Shown here: positions 13,473-25,724 of the stretch, in pieces
How the letters are laid out: each line of letters starts with the position of its first letter
Position numbering within the stretch: position 1 is the stretch's first letter
NCBI GenBank assembly: GCA_001938485.1
Contig: MQRK01169544.1
Location: 3,653-64,276 of the forward strand
Length of the DNA: 60,624 nt
Origin: Girardia tigrina
Lineage: Eukaryota
Reading direction: 5' to 3'
Position numbers and translations under genes: made by a program
The notes under the pieces: model-generated
Told to the model about the DNA's origin: nothing
Databases searched by the model: none
The model's input: only the letters and a program-made list of their open reading frames with translations

Positions 13473-13515
<43 letters not shown>

Positions 13516-13741
13516 TTTTATATAAAGATTTTAAATATCATTAAAATACTTTTAAAAAAAGGAACAAACAACAAGTTTTTGAGACATATAATGTAATAGT
13601 TTTTGAACTATATAAATAATAGTTAATCACTTTATTTCATTGCACTGAAGATTCCGAAATGGTGAATAAATTGTGAATAAATTTAATATTCAAAAATGGC
13701 CTTTGTTTGCATTACTATAAAAATACCATTATCGGTTCTAG

Positions 13742-13778
<37 letters not shown>

Positions 13779-16700
13779 TAAAATATATAAGTAAATAAAA
13801 CTTTAAGAAATAAAAGATTAAATACAATTAAAAATAAAAATTTTAATTAAAAACATCCTTTCATTGAATTTTGTTCATTTTCTAAAAACGAACAAAGAAT
13901 TTTCATATTTATTCGGATGACTCATTCAGTCATTTTTTCACTATGATTGAACAAGTGTGTGTGACAATTACATGTATTAAATTTCAGTGATAGAATGAAA
14001 TGGCTCTTTCTGATTGGTCAACTAATCACAGCCAGCCTTGAACCAGACATATTTTAAAATTATGTCACTTATTTTTAGTTTTGCTTTCATGATATTAAAT
14101 TTTTGTTTTTATGCTATTGCAAAATTTTTCTGTTCACTAGCTGAAGTTGAAATTTGTTGTCGAACTTTTGATTGAAATTTAGTCGAGCATTTGATCGAAA
14201 ATTTATTAAGCCTTGAAATTGAATATTTGTCAGGCATTTAATTGAAAATTTGTCGAGCTTTGAATCGAAAATTTGTTGAGAATTTGATTTAAAATTTTGT
14301 TCGAATTTAGTAATTTGAATTTTTGTCAAAAGTCTGATTGAAATTTATTGTCCAAGGTTAATTATTTAAATGTTTTTTCGAACATTAATTTGATTGTTGA
14401 AGTTCGTCGAACAGTAATAATATTGAAATTTTATTGAAATTAGTGGCTGATTATTTGAAATTTTGTAAAACCTTTGATTTATTTAAGAAAATTTATCAAA
14501 CTGTTACTTTTTTCATTATGAATTACGTATTGTACTAAATCAGAGAGAAAAAAATTACGATTCGATGGGTTAACATTTATTCTTCACAATAAAATGGGCC
14601 TAGCAGGAACACAAAATCCCGAATTTATACCCGACACTGCCATTCTACCGCTATCACCGTCCGGTCTTCGGAGACACCTGGGGATCAGGCTAAATAGGTA
14701 ATATCCAAAATATTTGTTTTGTGAAGATTTACCCAATGTTTCACAAAGAAAGACAAAATTAATATTAATAATAAAAATAACTGCTTGGGGATCAATATGA
14801 CGGATATCAAGATTTCTCCAAGAATTTCTTCTGGAACTATATCAAGTCCTTTTCCTGTTTATTTCAATTTTTAAAGTTTTTAATATTGTGCTTTTAAAAA
14901 CAGAAAATCCAGTCTCTCTATGCTTATAAGTTAATTCCATTAGTGTAAATAGAGGAAATATTATTCTTTGTTTCCAAATTTTCTTCAGTCTTTGTATATG
15001 TAGCATCTCGTTATCCTTTGGTCATCAGAAATTTCAGCCACCATTTTTTAAGTTGTTTGTAAATCTAATTCTTCATTATTAGCAATCCCTTTTATAAAGA
15101 AATGTTTATCCATACCTTTTCTATGGGTTTAGTGCTTCAAGTTGGAAATTTATCTTTTTCAGATGTTTTGGTTAGAATTTTCGTCTGATACTGAAATTCA
15201 TCACTTATTTTAAAAACTGAATAGTCATAGGTAAAACATTTCTATGGTTCACCTCAACATCAACCCTCTATGTAAGATATAATTTCACCATCCCTAAAAA
15301 GTATAAACATTCATTATATAATAAATTCGTTTTAAGAAACACTCTAAATTAAGTTTACCGTTCAAGTAAGTATATTATATATTTTATAAAAAATTTTGCA
15401 ATAATCTAAAAAATATTTTGATGTGAATATTTTCTTCACAAAATAAGCTAGAAGAGACATCTTTAAAGAATAAAAGACGGTTTAATTTACTTTTCCTTTG
15501 CTCATTGGAGTTATTGGATTTTTCGTACCTCAAGTTGATAAAAGGAATATTTATAATATAAAAAGACCGCAAGATCTTTTTCTTAATTTTCTTCTCTGAG
15601 AAACCGATGAAAGGAATAGGTTTTACGAACTGATCTGCGAGCACTGCACGCACCCAGCAGCAAAATGACTCTTAATTATTTCTTTCCAAACATTATTTAT
15701 TCAAACTAATGAGCCGAAAAATGATCGAACATTTTGAGAGAGACATCGCGCAACTGATAAAGACTTTCTAATAACGAAATGTCTTTGATGAAAGACGCGG
15801 CGAGAGTCTGGATTCAATTTTTATCAATTTCAATCAGTTTCTGATTGAATGGAAGTGATAAAACTAATACGTTTTCATCAACAAAAATTTTCTGGATGTA
15901 TTCTGTACATTTTCATTTTATTGTACAAGAATATACTTCCTCTACCTGATTGAATTTTAAACAATTTTTCCTTTAATGTTTTAATAAGAATTGTTAGATC
16001 TAATTGTAATTATTTCTTACGTACCCGTATGCTCCGTTGAGTTATCCGCGATATTGCTGAAAGTACTCTCATTGTTGACAATCTCTTAATTAGCAAAAGT
16101 GTCGTTTAGGAATTTATTCGATATAATGCTGTTATTCAGGTTTGAAACCCATAAGACCTCTAGAAATGTTTCAAAGGTTCAATTATCCTTAAATAAGTAC
16201 TTAAATTAGCACGAGAGGCTAACTTATTTACTTTCAAGACATCAAATGGGTGATTGGAAACGCTTTAAGATTTCAAGATTTCGCAAAACATCCGTCTTGA
16301 AGCCATAGAGACTTATTCATTCGGCCTATTGAATATAATCAATATGACACTTTCAATTATGATGAGACAGCTGATGTCTATAAGCATAAATTGTCTTAAT
16401 CCACCCAACCTTAGCAATTGAATATCATGCAGCGAACACCTCCGTGAAGGTACTTTTCTATGCTATCATGATTGCTCTATTAGGTAAAGTAATGCTGTAC
16501 ACTGTATTTTCGAATTTAGTAATACCTTATCTCGCCCTTCTATTTTGTTTACAGATAAGTGTTTTGTACTTATAATAAATAACAATGAAGTTGAACTTAA
16601 ATTTGTTAGTCTAGGAATCTTTTGTTCCAATGCCACATCCTACTGAACAAGGCATAATAAGAAACCTAATATGTAAAACAATGAAAAATAGATGTAAAAA

Positions 16701-19700
16701 AAAATTCGAATGATGTAGGTGAAATATTTTAACAAAAATAAAAAAAACTTAGTAGTTCATTTACAAAGATACAATAACGCCAAATACAACAGTCAAATGA
16801 AAATTATGAGTAATATGATTCCATCAAAATGGATGCAAATTAGTGAGGTAGGCAATATCCCCGTGCGGGAGATTACGGGAGGCAGGAGACCCAGTGTCAG
16901 TAGTGACGTTTGTTCAATATCATTTTATACCATCTTTTATTATCACACTCTAACGATCAGGCATTTAATGATCCCCCTTGTAGATCTAGTTTCAGTAGTG
17001 ACATTTTTCAATATTATTAAATGTTTATTATCACACTCTATCGATCAAGCATATAATGGCCCATTTATGCCATAATAAATCGAAAATGTACACCATAAAT
17101 TGGTAAATTTGCGTGCATTCATTTTATATATTTTTATGAAAATTGCATTGACTTAAGAGCTTAATATGGCTTTCATATGTTTTGAAATTTTTAAAAACGT
17201 CCTAAAGCTAATAAGATGAACCATTGTGAAATCTATAGTGGGATTGACAAGTAACGCCTGTAGTTATAGGAATAACTGTAATTTATTATTTAAATAGAAT
17301 TTATGCATTTAATAAATATGAAAAGAAAGAATATTGCATGGGTTTTCTTTAAAATTTGCCACCAGTTTCTTAAGTCAACCAGGAGACACATTAACTGATT
17401 CCATAAAGTACACTCGCTGGATTAAAGCCATAACTTCACCTATTCGCCCATTAAGTTCTTCCGATTTTCTAGTAATTTCAAGAAGCCCCAGAGAAAAAAG
17501 TTTCATGGTATGAAATTAGGACTTCTAGGAAAATTATCATTATTAACATCACATTTACATTTTTTTACAGTTTATTCTGTGCTGAGTTACATTTGTTTAA
17601 AGTATAGGTTCGAAAACCTGCATCGATTTTGCAACAACCTAATAATATTATTTATATTTACATTTATATCATCTGTTATTATTGATAAAAGATTTGTTAA
17701 AAACTTGTCCTTTCGTTTCTGTAGATGGATACAATTTTCATGATCTTCTTTACAAATGGACACAAAGTCCTAACAGATCTGTGGAACATGATCCGGATTT
17801 AACTTTGTCTCAATTTCATCTGATGAAAATTTTTGAATCAAAATCAACCAAAGTAATCGCCGGAAGAGGTAGGTGAATTTATATTATGAATAAAAATTAA
17901 TAATAGGATCCAATTATACAGGTAAATTTTCGATTTTGGTTGTCGAATTTATGCTTAAAAGAAATATCGGATACTTTATGATACAACAATATCTTCCATG
18001 TAGTTTACTGGTGATACTTTCTTGGGTTGGGTTTTGGATAAATCGAGAAGCCACATCTGATAGAATCACCTTAGGTCTGTTTACAGATTTATGAAAATTA
18101 ATTATTTCTTTTGTAGGAGTAACAACAGTCTTGACAATGGCATTTTCAAACGTTGATAATAAAAAAGACCTACCTAGAGTGCCATATGCAACTGCTTTAG
18201 ATATATATGTCAATGGATGTTTCACGTTCGTCACAGCTACCATAATTCAGTTTGCTATGGTTCATTATTTTACTAAACAAGGATACGGAGACCCAATATA
18301 TAATGAAATTTCTAGAACTAAAATGGTAAAATAAATAAAATAATAAATGAATAAATAAAATCTGAGTTTTGCAACTTGATGGTTCCTAAAGAGAAATCGA
18401 TATTACATCCTCTATGAATAAAAACCCTGATGTGTTTAAAAACTTTAAAGTGCAATATTAAAGGCAACTTTGAATTAAATTTAAAAACTTAATATCACAT
18501 CACATTAAACTCAAATAGTAATCAAAATTTAGTAATCAATATGTCATGCCTTTGCCACAGTGTTCTGGTATTATTTATGAATATAGATATAATCGAGTGA
18601 TGTTCTAAGCATTGAAGAAAGTGACTTCTTTCTGCATAAACGTATTGTGTAAACGATTCTGCGTCAAGATTTTGACAGTTGTTAGGAGAGAGTATCGTGT
18701 AAAACATTGCTAATTAAGATCCCTTTCTATAAAATGAATATTAAAACGAAACTTAGTATGTCTTGATTAGCATGATTTCATACAATCAATCTTATAATCG
18801 TTAGTTTGAATTTAAAGAGATGAATTCAAGAATTAGGGACCTGATGATAATGGTTGGGTCGTCGAAATATATAGATATTGAAAGGATATTTTAAAATCGA
18901 TCCGTTTTGTCAATTTGTGTAATCGATTACATTGAACTTCACATTTATATACAGGTGAATCGAAACATTAGTATTCAACCATAGAACGGTGGTGCCCAAA
19001 CTTATTTGGCCAAACACCCCGTTCCCAGAAAAAAATTTACCCCGCATCCCTTAGAAATTTATTTTTTGCAATTGTAATAGCAGGTAAACAGAAATACATA
19101 TGTATTAATGTTTCTACCTTTTCTTGTAAAGTACAGTAAAGAAAGATGTAAATTTGAAACAAAGATGTTTGAAAGGATGAAAATTTTAATTGAACTAAAA
19201 ATGTACAAGTAATACAAAAACGTACAAACATTTGAAATCATCTTAATGAGAAGGATGAATTTGATATGTTGCTTCAAATTTAAAAATCATCCGCTCTATT
19301 TTTTTCGTCATTAATCTTAAATCAGCACGATTGACTACTTGTTTCTCTTCTTGTCATTAAATGGTTTACCGCACTGAATCCACGTTCCACTAACTGTGAT
19401 GAAGAAAATGCAATTAAGAACTTTTGAATAACAGTTCATATTCTAGGAATCTTTGTTTGTAGCCAGAATTGTTGGTAGTCCCATTTTAACTCATTATTTG
19501 TACTTACGTCCATCAGTTCTTCTCGTAAAAAGGGAGATTCTTCTGTGTTTACACTTTAAAAAATCCAAAATCTAATCATGAATGTTCATTTTAAAAATAC
19601 CATTAAATCGTTAATTAGAATCTGAATGCAGTACACCAAAGTGCTTGCGAAAAAAAGTATGTATTTATCTTTGTTTTCGGCTCCTGATAAATTTTTGAAC

Positions 19701-21430
19701 TGGTTCAGTTCCCCTTGTTTGTGCCGAAGGAGTTTAGGGAAAATGCAGGTAACGAGTTAACGTCCAGTATGTTGTTTAATGGATAATTCTTTAGTTTTGC
19801 GTATTGTTTGATGCATCAACTTCGTTTGACGAAATACACCATTTAAAAGGCTAAAGAAATATTAAGCATTATGGGTGAAACACATAATTCAATTTTTCGC
19901 AATCTTCTCTTCAATTTTATGCTTTAATGCCCCCTTATAGTTATTTATCGCCCCAAAAGGTAACAGTGGTCATCACAGCCCCCTGGATTGTTATTTTTGT
20001 TAATTATTATCAATAATATGCCAGAGGCACATAATTGGGCGGAGATCAGAAGACTTGCCAAAATTTATCTGACTGTGGATGAAACTATTTTAGCGTTCAT
20101 ACGAATCCTGTTTCAGGGAAATCGTGGAACAGACAGAATGAAATGGACATGAAAAACCAGATCATCGATCAACAGTCACTCAAGAAGAAGAGCTGGTAGG
20201 ATTCAATTGCAATCTATGCCGAAAGAACTACAATACCAAAGGATGGCTCATCAGACATTTCAGAATTTCTCATAAAATTTAAGAAGAATTATTAGTCCAA
20301 ATATTTTTGAGCAGAACTAATCAGTCTAATCGGTCTAGGCAATAAAGGAATAAATGCAATGCCAGAAGACAACGTAACTCAAGTACCGATCGTCGATCTG
20401 AATGCTGTAGCAACAGGAGAGTCAGAAGCGAGTCCATTAGACGTCCATCTAGACTACCGCCTTAGAGATCTAATCGCGAGAGGAAACTTCAGATGCCCAT
20501 TTACGGATGTCTAAAGTCCACGTACACAGCCAAATGAATGCAGAATAATGGGACTGCTACCCATAACTGATCGTTTCTCACTTGATTGTCAAAGGGTACA
20601 CGGAAGCGAAAGGCTGACGTCCCGTAGGAGGCCTATCTGGGAGCTTATAGATTTATTTGGTTTGGCTCAATACCATTCTTTAAAGGGATGATAGGCCCAG
20701 TTATTCGCAAGACAAAAATGGTTATAATTATTTGAAATCTTTTGTGATACAAAATCTTATCAAACTATTTTTTTCAAATCAAATATACAATCAAATATAA
20801 ATATTGTTCCATTAAATAAAATTAAAATTTAATTTACACAATTTAATTTTAATTAAGTTAATTAAAGTTCAACATATGTTTTCGTATGTAATAAATTAAT
20901 CCGTGGATCAGAATTAAAATTTAAATTTCAAAAACGTATTTTTTTAAAAAAAAATCAATTTTAATTTCCTTCTGCGAACAAAAGCAAAAAAACGATCGTC
21001 CTTTCGAACTCGCAACTAATTCTCACAAAATAAATCTAATGTCATTTTCCAAGTTGTATTTTTTTAATAAATATTTAGAAATTGAAAAGAAAATTTAAAA
21101 AAATAATTGCATTTATTTTTTGTTGTTGAAGAAAATTTTTTATTAATTAGTTTTTTTTAATTTAATAAGTTAGTTTTTTCTATTTTACAGCATGATCCGT
21201 GGGTTCTGAGGAAACATTTCGTTGCGCGGAGACGACAGACAAAATGTTTACTAGACTGTTGGTACTGTTTGAAGCATGATATAAAATACAAAACTAATAG
21301 AACGTTGCAAACAGACCGAGACGTTAACTCTGTGAGTAGAATTGATAGAATTAGTCGAATATTATTCCCAATGGCTTTTGCTTGCTTCAACTTTTGCTAC
21401 TGGGTGTATTATATTTATATAACGGAATGA
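10927..21430 (+). CDS. GABA-A-type Cys-loop ligand-gated ion channel subunit (Grd/8916-like), 3' five exons
   Basis: Exons 10927-11009 (Cys loop), 17725-17868, 17907 or 17922-18074 (M1), 18117-18325 (M2-M3) and 21191-21430 (M4, stop). All introns are GT-AG with matching phases. Confidence 0.92.
11328..12363. repeat. (TA)n microsatellite surrounding an assembly gap (N 11344-12312)
   Basis: Seen directly. Other (TA)n tracts lie near 145, 3731, 13476, 13746, 34243, 35728, 38482 and 55288. Confidence 0.95.
12379..12419 (-). ncRNA. Minimal type I hammerhead ribozyme (intact)
   Basis: GAC-CTGATGA-T-GGGAT-tattatt-ATCTC-GAAA-CGCG-TC-GTC: both core boxes, 5-bp stem II, palindromic stem III ACGCGT, GUC triplet, stem I GAC/GTC. 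Confidence 0.85.
13045..13259. mobile_element. piggyBac-type MITE
   Basis: TTAA-ccccttgactac ... gtagtcaaaaag-TTAA. Confidence 0.7.
14143..14480. repeat. Degenerate ~23-bp minisatellite
   Basis: Units such as ttgattgaaatttagtcgagcat / ttgatcgaaaatttattaagcct / ttaattgaaaatttgtcgagctt. Confidence 0.7.
16886..17062. repeat. Two-copy tandem duplication (~95 bp)
   Basis: tcagtagtgac...tttattatcacactcta.cgatca.gcat.taatg occurs twice. Confidence 0.8.
17725..18325 (+). CDS. GABA receptor exons: loops B/F/C and M1-M3 (two tiny introns)
   Basis: GYNFHDLLYKW...; KRNIGYFMIQQYLPCSLLVILSWVGFWINREATSDRITLG|VTTVLTM...DLPRVPYATALDIY...QFAMVHYFTK. Confidence 0.95.
18370..18960 (+). mobile_element. Penelope-like 3' remnant (degenerate GIY-YIG plus pLTR); same family as 29800-30045
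   Basis: SGIIYEY...IEES..LHKRI peptide. DNA blocks attttgacagtt.ttaggagagagt.tcgtgt.aaacattg and gattagcatgatttcat are shared with 29800-30045 (-). Confidence 0.6.
18838..18876 (+). ncRNA. Minimal hammerhead ribozyme (degenerate)
   Basis: GAC-CTGATGA-T-AATGG-ttggg-TCGTC-GAAA-TATAT-A-GAT. Confidence 0.6.
18987..19970 (-). mobile_element. hAT (Charlie/Buster-like) remnant
   Basis: Dimerisation domain YQQFWLQ...KFLIAFSSSQLVERGFSAV, plus a TIR-like cggtggtgcccaaac. Confidence 0.75.
20030..20700 (+). mobile_element. LINE 3' fragment related to the 47567-51121 element
   Basis: FNCNLCRKNYNTKGWLIRH C2H2 finger. DYRLRDLIARGNFRCPF aligns with EYRLPDIKAKGKFQSPF at about 50870. Confidence 0.65.
21191..21430 (+). 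CDS. GABA receptor last exon (M4)
   Basis: tacag|HDPW...DVNSVSRIDRISRILFPMAFACFNFCYWVYY...E-stop. Confidence 0.93.
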   Translation, partial: HDPWVLRKHFVARRRQTKCLLDCWYCLKHDIKYKTNRTLQTDRDVNSVSRIDRISRILFPMAFACFNFCYWVYYIYITE

Positions 21431-21599
21431 ATAGAAAACTATGAATTTGATTTGTTTTGGCTTATAAAATACATAATACATTTTTATTTGCCTTTTTAAT
21501 GTTATTTTATGTTTTTTCAGATATATGATTTTCTAATTCAAATTAATAAATTGTTTCTCTTAAAACGTATTAATCTAAGATAGAAGGATGTATATTAAC

Positions 21600-23400
21600 T
21601 TAGTATGATTCAAAAAACGATAAACTTAAAAATATTTTCAAAGTCATACGAAATAATCGGTCTTGTCTCATGAATAAATTAATAATTATTGGATGAAGCA
21701 CCGCATACATTAAAATGACTTCCTGACATCTTTGCAAATGATCAAAGAACAAAGCTGATTTGATAATGAGAGCAATATTGCTGAACATAATTTAAATTGT
21801 AAATAATTTTCAAATTTCGGGTAACCGTTTTAGAAATTACTAGGGCGGGCAAAAGTCAATAAAGTCAAAATGGTATTGTGAGGTAGAAATAGTTTGAGAA
21901 GCACAAAAGTACTCATAAATATGTACGAGGATGCCCCTCCCCAAAGTTAATAGGTCAAGAAAATGTCAAAAAATTTCGTTAGGTGAAAAAAATTCAAAAA
22001 AAGAAAAAGTAAGTCAAAATAAGAAAAATTTTTGTCAAAAATGTCAAAATATTTGTCAAAAAAGTCTAATTAAGTCAGAAATGTCAATTAAAAAAGTTTT
22101 AACTCTAAAGAAAGTATTAAAAATTTAGAAAACATTTTTTTGTAATATTCAGAGTTTTTTTTCATTTTAAAATTGTTCTAGTTTATTTTATTTTTTCTTT
22201 ATTCATTCTCATATTCAATATATCTGTTCAAATATTCAATTATTTTTTTCTGTTTGATATTGTTCTAGGTTATCTTAATTGTATTTCTTCTTTATTCATT
22301 ATCATTGTTCTGAAGACAATGTATTCACAAATGTTACATGTAACCTGAGGAGCTCATTTACTGCACAATTGTGAAATGCACGTGAAGACAAAGTATGCAG
22401 CTGTATACAACTTGATTGCACTGTCAATGCCCTCACAGTAAAGAACCGTGAACGGCGAGACCTATTTAAAATTATTGGACAATCATCTCAGCCGGTTGTC
22501 ACGAGAGGGACCACGTGGTTACATGCAGCTTTCTACTACGTGGAGTATTTTATAACAATTCAACAGATTGTTAATTCTACTGAATGCAAAGAGCTCTTTC
22601 TTGCTAACGCCAAAGAGGCGGTCGCAAGTTTTACTCTCTCTAAATACTTTATCGACATTTTACTATATAAATCGCTTGCACACTTTGTAGAATGTTCTGA
22701 GTCTACGTCAGGCAGTTAAATACCTAAAAAATATTTCATGTTGCGGTGGATACATGTGCCATTAGAAAATACTTGGATAAACGTTTTGACAGTTGTGAAA
22801 TTATGGACCAAATGAAGATGGCGAGAAACGATGTGTACCCTCACTTTTATGCTTTACTACAGGAAGTGCAGAAAAGAATTTTGCGTGATAATCGCAACTT
22901 TGATGTGGGAAATGTGCAATATTGTGCACTGCAGAATTTTAATTCCACTGCTTGAACATTTTTACTCTAAATGTTATTAATACAATTTTTGATATACTTG
23001 TTCTCTTAACTAATTTTTTAAGGTCAAAAAAAGTCAAAATCTAGAAAAATTAAAGTTAAAATTTTAATTTTTTAGGTCAAAAAATTGCCCGCCCAAGAAA
23101 TTACTGAAGAAAAGTGAAAATTATTAATCATACCCCATTCTTAATTTTCCTGCTAAACTCCTTCAAATAGAAGCTGATGGCATACAACTACTTGGATATA
23201 TACACTGCAAAATTAATTTAATTTTAATTGGAAAAAAACTCTGAATAATAAATCTGAATAATAAATAAAGTTGCAAATTTTTTTCCATAACTTCATGTTT
23301 GTGTACTTAGTTATGTAAACAGGTCCGAATGTTTCCAGTCTGATTGACTTGTGAATATCATGATTGGTTCCTAATTTGCTTATATTTTGACTAAACATGT
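21600..23400 (-). pseudogene. Possible decayed 7TM/GPCR-like gene interrupted by a hAT element
   Basis: Removing the hAT joins LIIFTFL..F..RLP (TM6-like) to LMYAVLHPIIINLFMRQDRLFRMTLKIFL (TM7/helix 8-like). Stops are present. Confidence 0.3.
21841..23096 (+). mobile_element. Non-autonomous hAT element with 8-bp TSD
   Basis: TIRs tagggcgggcaa / ttgcccgcccaa, TSD gaaattac at 21833-21840 and 23097-23104, gtcaaaa subterminal repeats, internal AHLLHNC and QPVVTRGTTWLHAAFYY remnants. Confidence 0.88.
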
Positions 23401-23442
23401 ATTATTATTTCTATGTAAACATCAACCTTTCAATGAATTAAA

Positions 23443-24211
23443 TACGTGAAAGGTTGGATTCAAGACTTCCTTTGATTATTTTAAAACAATAATGAGTGAG
23501 ATTCTCCAAAGAGTTTTTAAAGAACATAAATGTAACCCTAAAAAGTATTGTAGTCAATTGTTACTGATGATGAAGTTATGGAATTGTACTATGATTTTAT
23601 ATCCAAGCTGGAATCAATGTAAAGCATAAAACTAGGAGAGGTTCCTCCTTGAAATGTCAATGTCACTTAATCAACTAAGAGGATCATGGTGACAAAATTT
23701 TAGGATATCAAGAAGCTTTAATTAATTAACTAGAAAGAACAAAAAACATGACAGTACATAAAAAAAAACTCTGCAGGTCAATTCCACTACTTGTGAGATG
23801 CCATTAAGGCAAAAGACGGAAAAGTGAAAAATGGTATTCATATCCCATATGACAACGCAGCCGTCCATAGAGTCATTGTTACCAAGATCGCTTTAAATGA
23901 ATGCGGGTTTGACGAAATTTCTAATCTACTTTACAGTCCAGACTTGGTACCCAGAGACAATTACATATTCTCCAAACTGGAGTCTAACCTGAGATGGAGA
24001 AAAATATGACATTAATGAAGAGATTAAAGCTGCTGTAGAAGCCAATTTTGATAATAAAGGAGAAGACTATTTTTGAGAGGACCAACTTGCTATCAATAAG
24101 GGGCAAAGAGTGTAATTATGTACAAGGAGATTACATAGAAAAATTAACTTATTTTTTATTTGTAAATTCTCTTTCTACAAGAGGGCGAAAATTTTTGAAC
24201 CTGCCTACGTA
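23443..24211 (+). mobile_element. Degenerate mariner
   Basis: VTDDE, YDNAAVH, YSPDLVPRDNYIF and GDYIEK motifs; 3' end ...gaacctgcctacgta. Confidence 0.8.
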
Positions 24212-24448
24212 TCATGAATTTACTTACTTAATGTTTATAAAATCTATAAAAAAGGACAACGATCTCTCACAAAATATTAATATAGAATTCTTCAATTAAT
24301 CTTGAATAAATCACAAATAAAATATACGCATCTTCAAGTATAAATTGATTTTTCTATAAAAAAAGGTAAAGCAAAATTATTTGATTTTAAATCCAAAAGT
24401 TGTTTTAAGATTCAATAAAAATTTTTTGGGAAATTTTCCTTTAATCAG

Positions 24449-24522
24449 AAATGGCAACATATACGATGGCGAAGCCTCATTAATCCGCCAGAGGATGTTG
24501 ATGAAATGCGTTCTGAATTTAT
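24449..24522 (+). CDS. Orphan exon-like segment
   Basis: ttaatcag|KWQHIRWRSLINPPEDVDEMRSEF|gtaaat, GC-elevated. No partner exon established. Confidence 0.3.
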
Positions 24523-25271
24523 GTAAATTTTCTCTTTATTGAAGAACAATTTTGGAAATCTAATAAAATATTTTGAATTTTTCATGACATAAATTATGTT
24601 ACTTTTATTATATTTACTTCTTACTATTTGAAATTTTGTTTTTTTTAAATATTTTTCAAGTGTATTTCAAGAACTTTAGTTGTTCTTATAATTAAAATTA
24701 ATTTAATTAATAAATAATAAAAATTAATAAGATATTTTTAAAATTTAATTTTCAATATAAATCGCATTCAAAGTAGCTTTTTTCATATTTTTCGTTTTAA
24801 AATTGTTACATAAAAATACATAATAAATAATAAAACAATGTCGAAAAAATAAATTATATGCAGCTTAATGCAAAAAAACGATTTCTAAAATTAATTATGA
24901 CTTCATTGAAAATGACAATAATAAATTACGAAATTAATTAGTATTATTTTTAAAAGCAAAGTAAATCAAAAATATAATTCTATTATAAATAATTTTGCAT
25001 TTTGATAAATATTTGATTTCCAGTTACGGTGTCCGAATATTTCAATGAAAAAGTTTCTTTTACAATAAATATCTCAAATAAAAATATAATAAAGGTATTT
25101 AAAAAAATTTATTGAACAAAACATGTTAAAATTTTAGTTAAAATTTTCATTTACCCAAATAATTTATGATTTTTTAAATTTTAAAAAAATGAATAAGGAA
25201 ATAAGTTATGAAAATTACGAGTCATGCATATGGCATATTAATTAAGACTCATTTATCAATTTTAAAATACT

Positions 25272-25724
25272 TAACAACATCACAATTTGAATGCAAACAT
25301 TTATTGACAACACAAACAGATTATTCACAACAATTCTCATTGGTCATCATTCTTTGATTGATATAGTTTTTTTAGTTAATATATTCAAATCTAAAAAAAA
25401 CAATGAAGGGGACAGATTAATAATAAATTTTAATTTCTCATAATTTTTATTGGATAAAAGTCATTACATAATTTTTTAAATAAACATTAATTTTTAAAAT
25501 ATATTACATTTAATAAGTTAAAATCTTTTACTGAAAATATTATTAAAATTCATAATTATCAAACNTTAATTAATTAGTATTTAAAATTAATATCATTAAA
25601 TTAATTTCATTAGATTCAAATAATTAATCAATAAACATATCAATCCCATCTGAGTAGGAGAGTCACAAATCTAAACAGCATACAAATAACAAACTTACAA
25701 CATTCAAAATTATCCCTCACAATT
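25272..25724 (-). pseudogene. Duplicated Cys-rich gene relic (copy at 34854-35357)
   Basis: About 450 bp are colinear with 34854-35357. Minus strand encodes ENCCE*SVCVVNKCLHSNC after an AG acceptor. Confidence 0.55.

Noticed and set aside
13640-13680. Fifth hammerhead (ctgaaga-ttcc-gaaat-ggt-gaat)
   Set aside because: The GAAA box and stem III are not intact; too degenerate to call.
14143-14480. CRISPR-like periodicity
   Set aside because: Units are contiguous and diverged with no spacers, there are no cas genes, and the context is eukaryotic.
14594-14700. GC-rich segment with cttcgg and ggctaa, a possible HDV-like ribozyme
   Set aside because: Could not fit P1/P3/L3 on either strand; may be a retroelement 3' end.
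15384-16500. Minus-strand coding-like stretch
   Set aside because: Many stops and only faint hAT-like similarity; not assignable.
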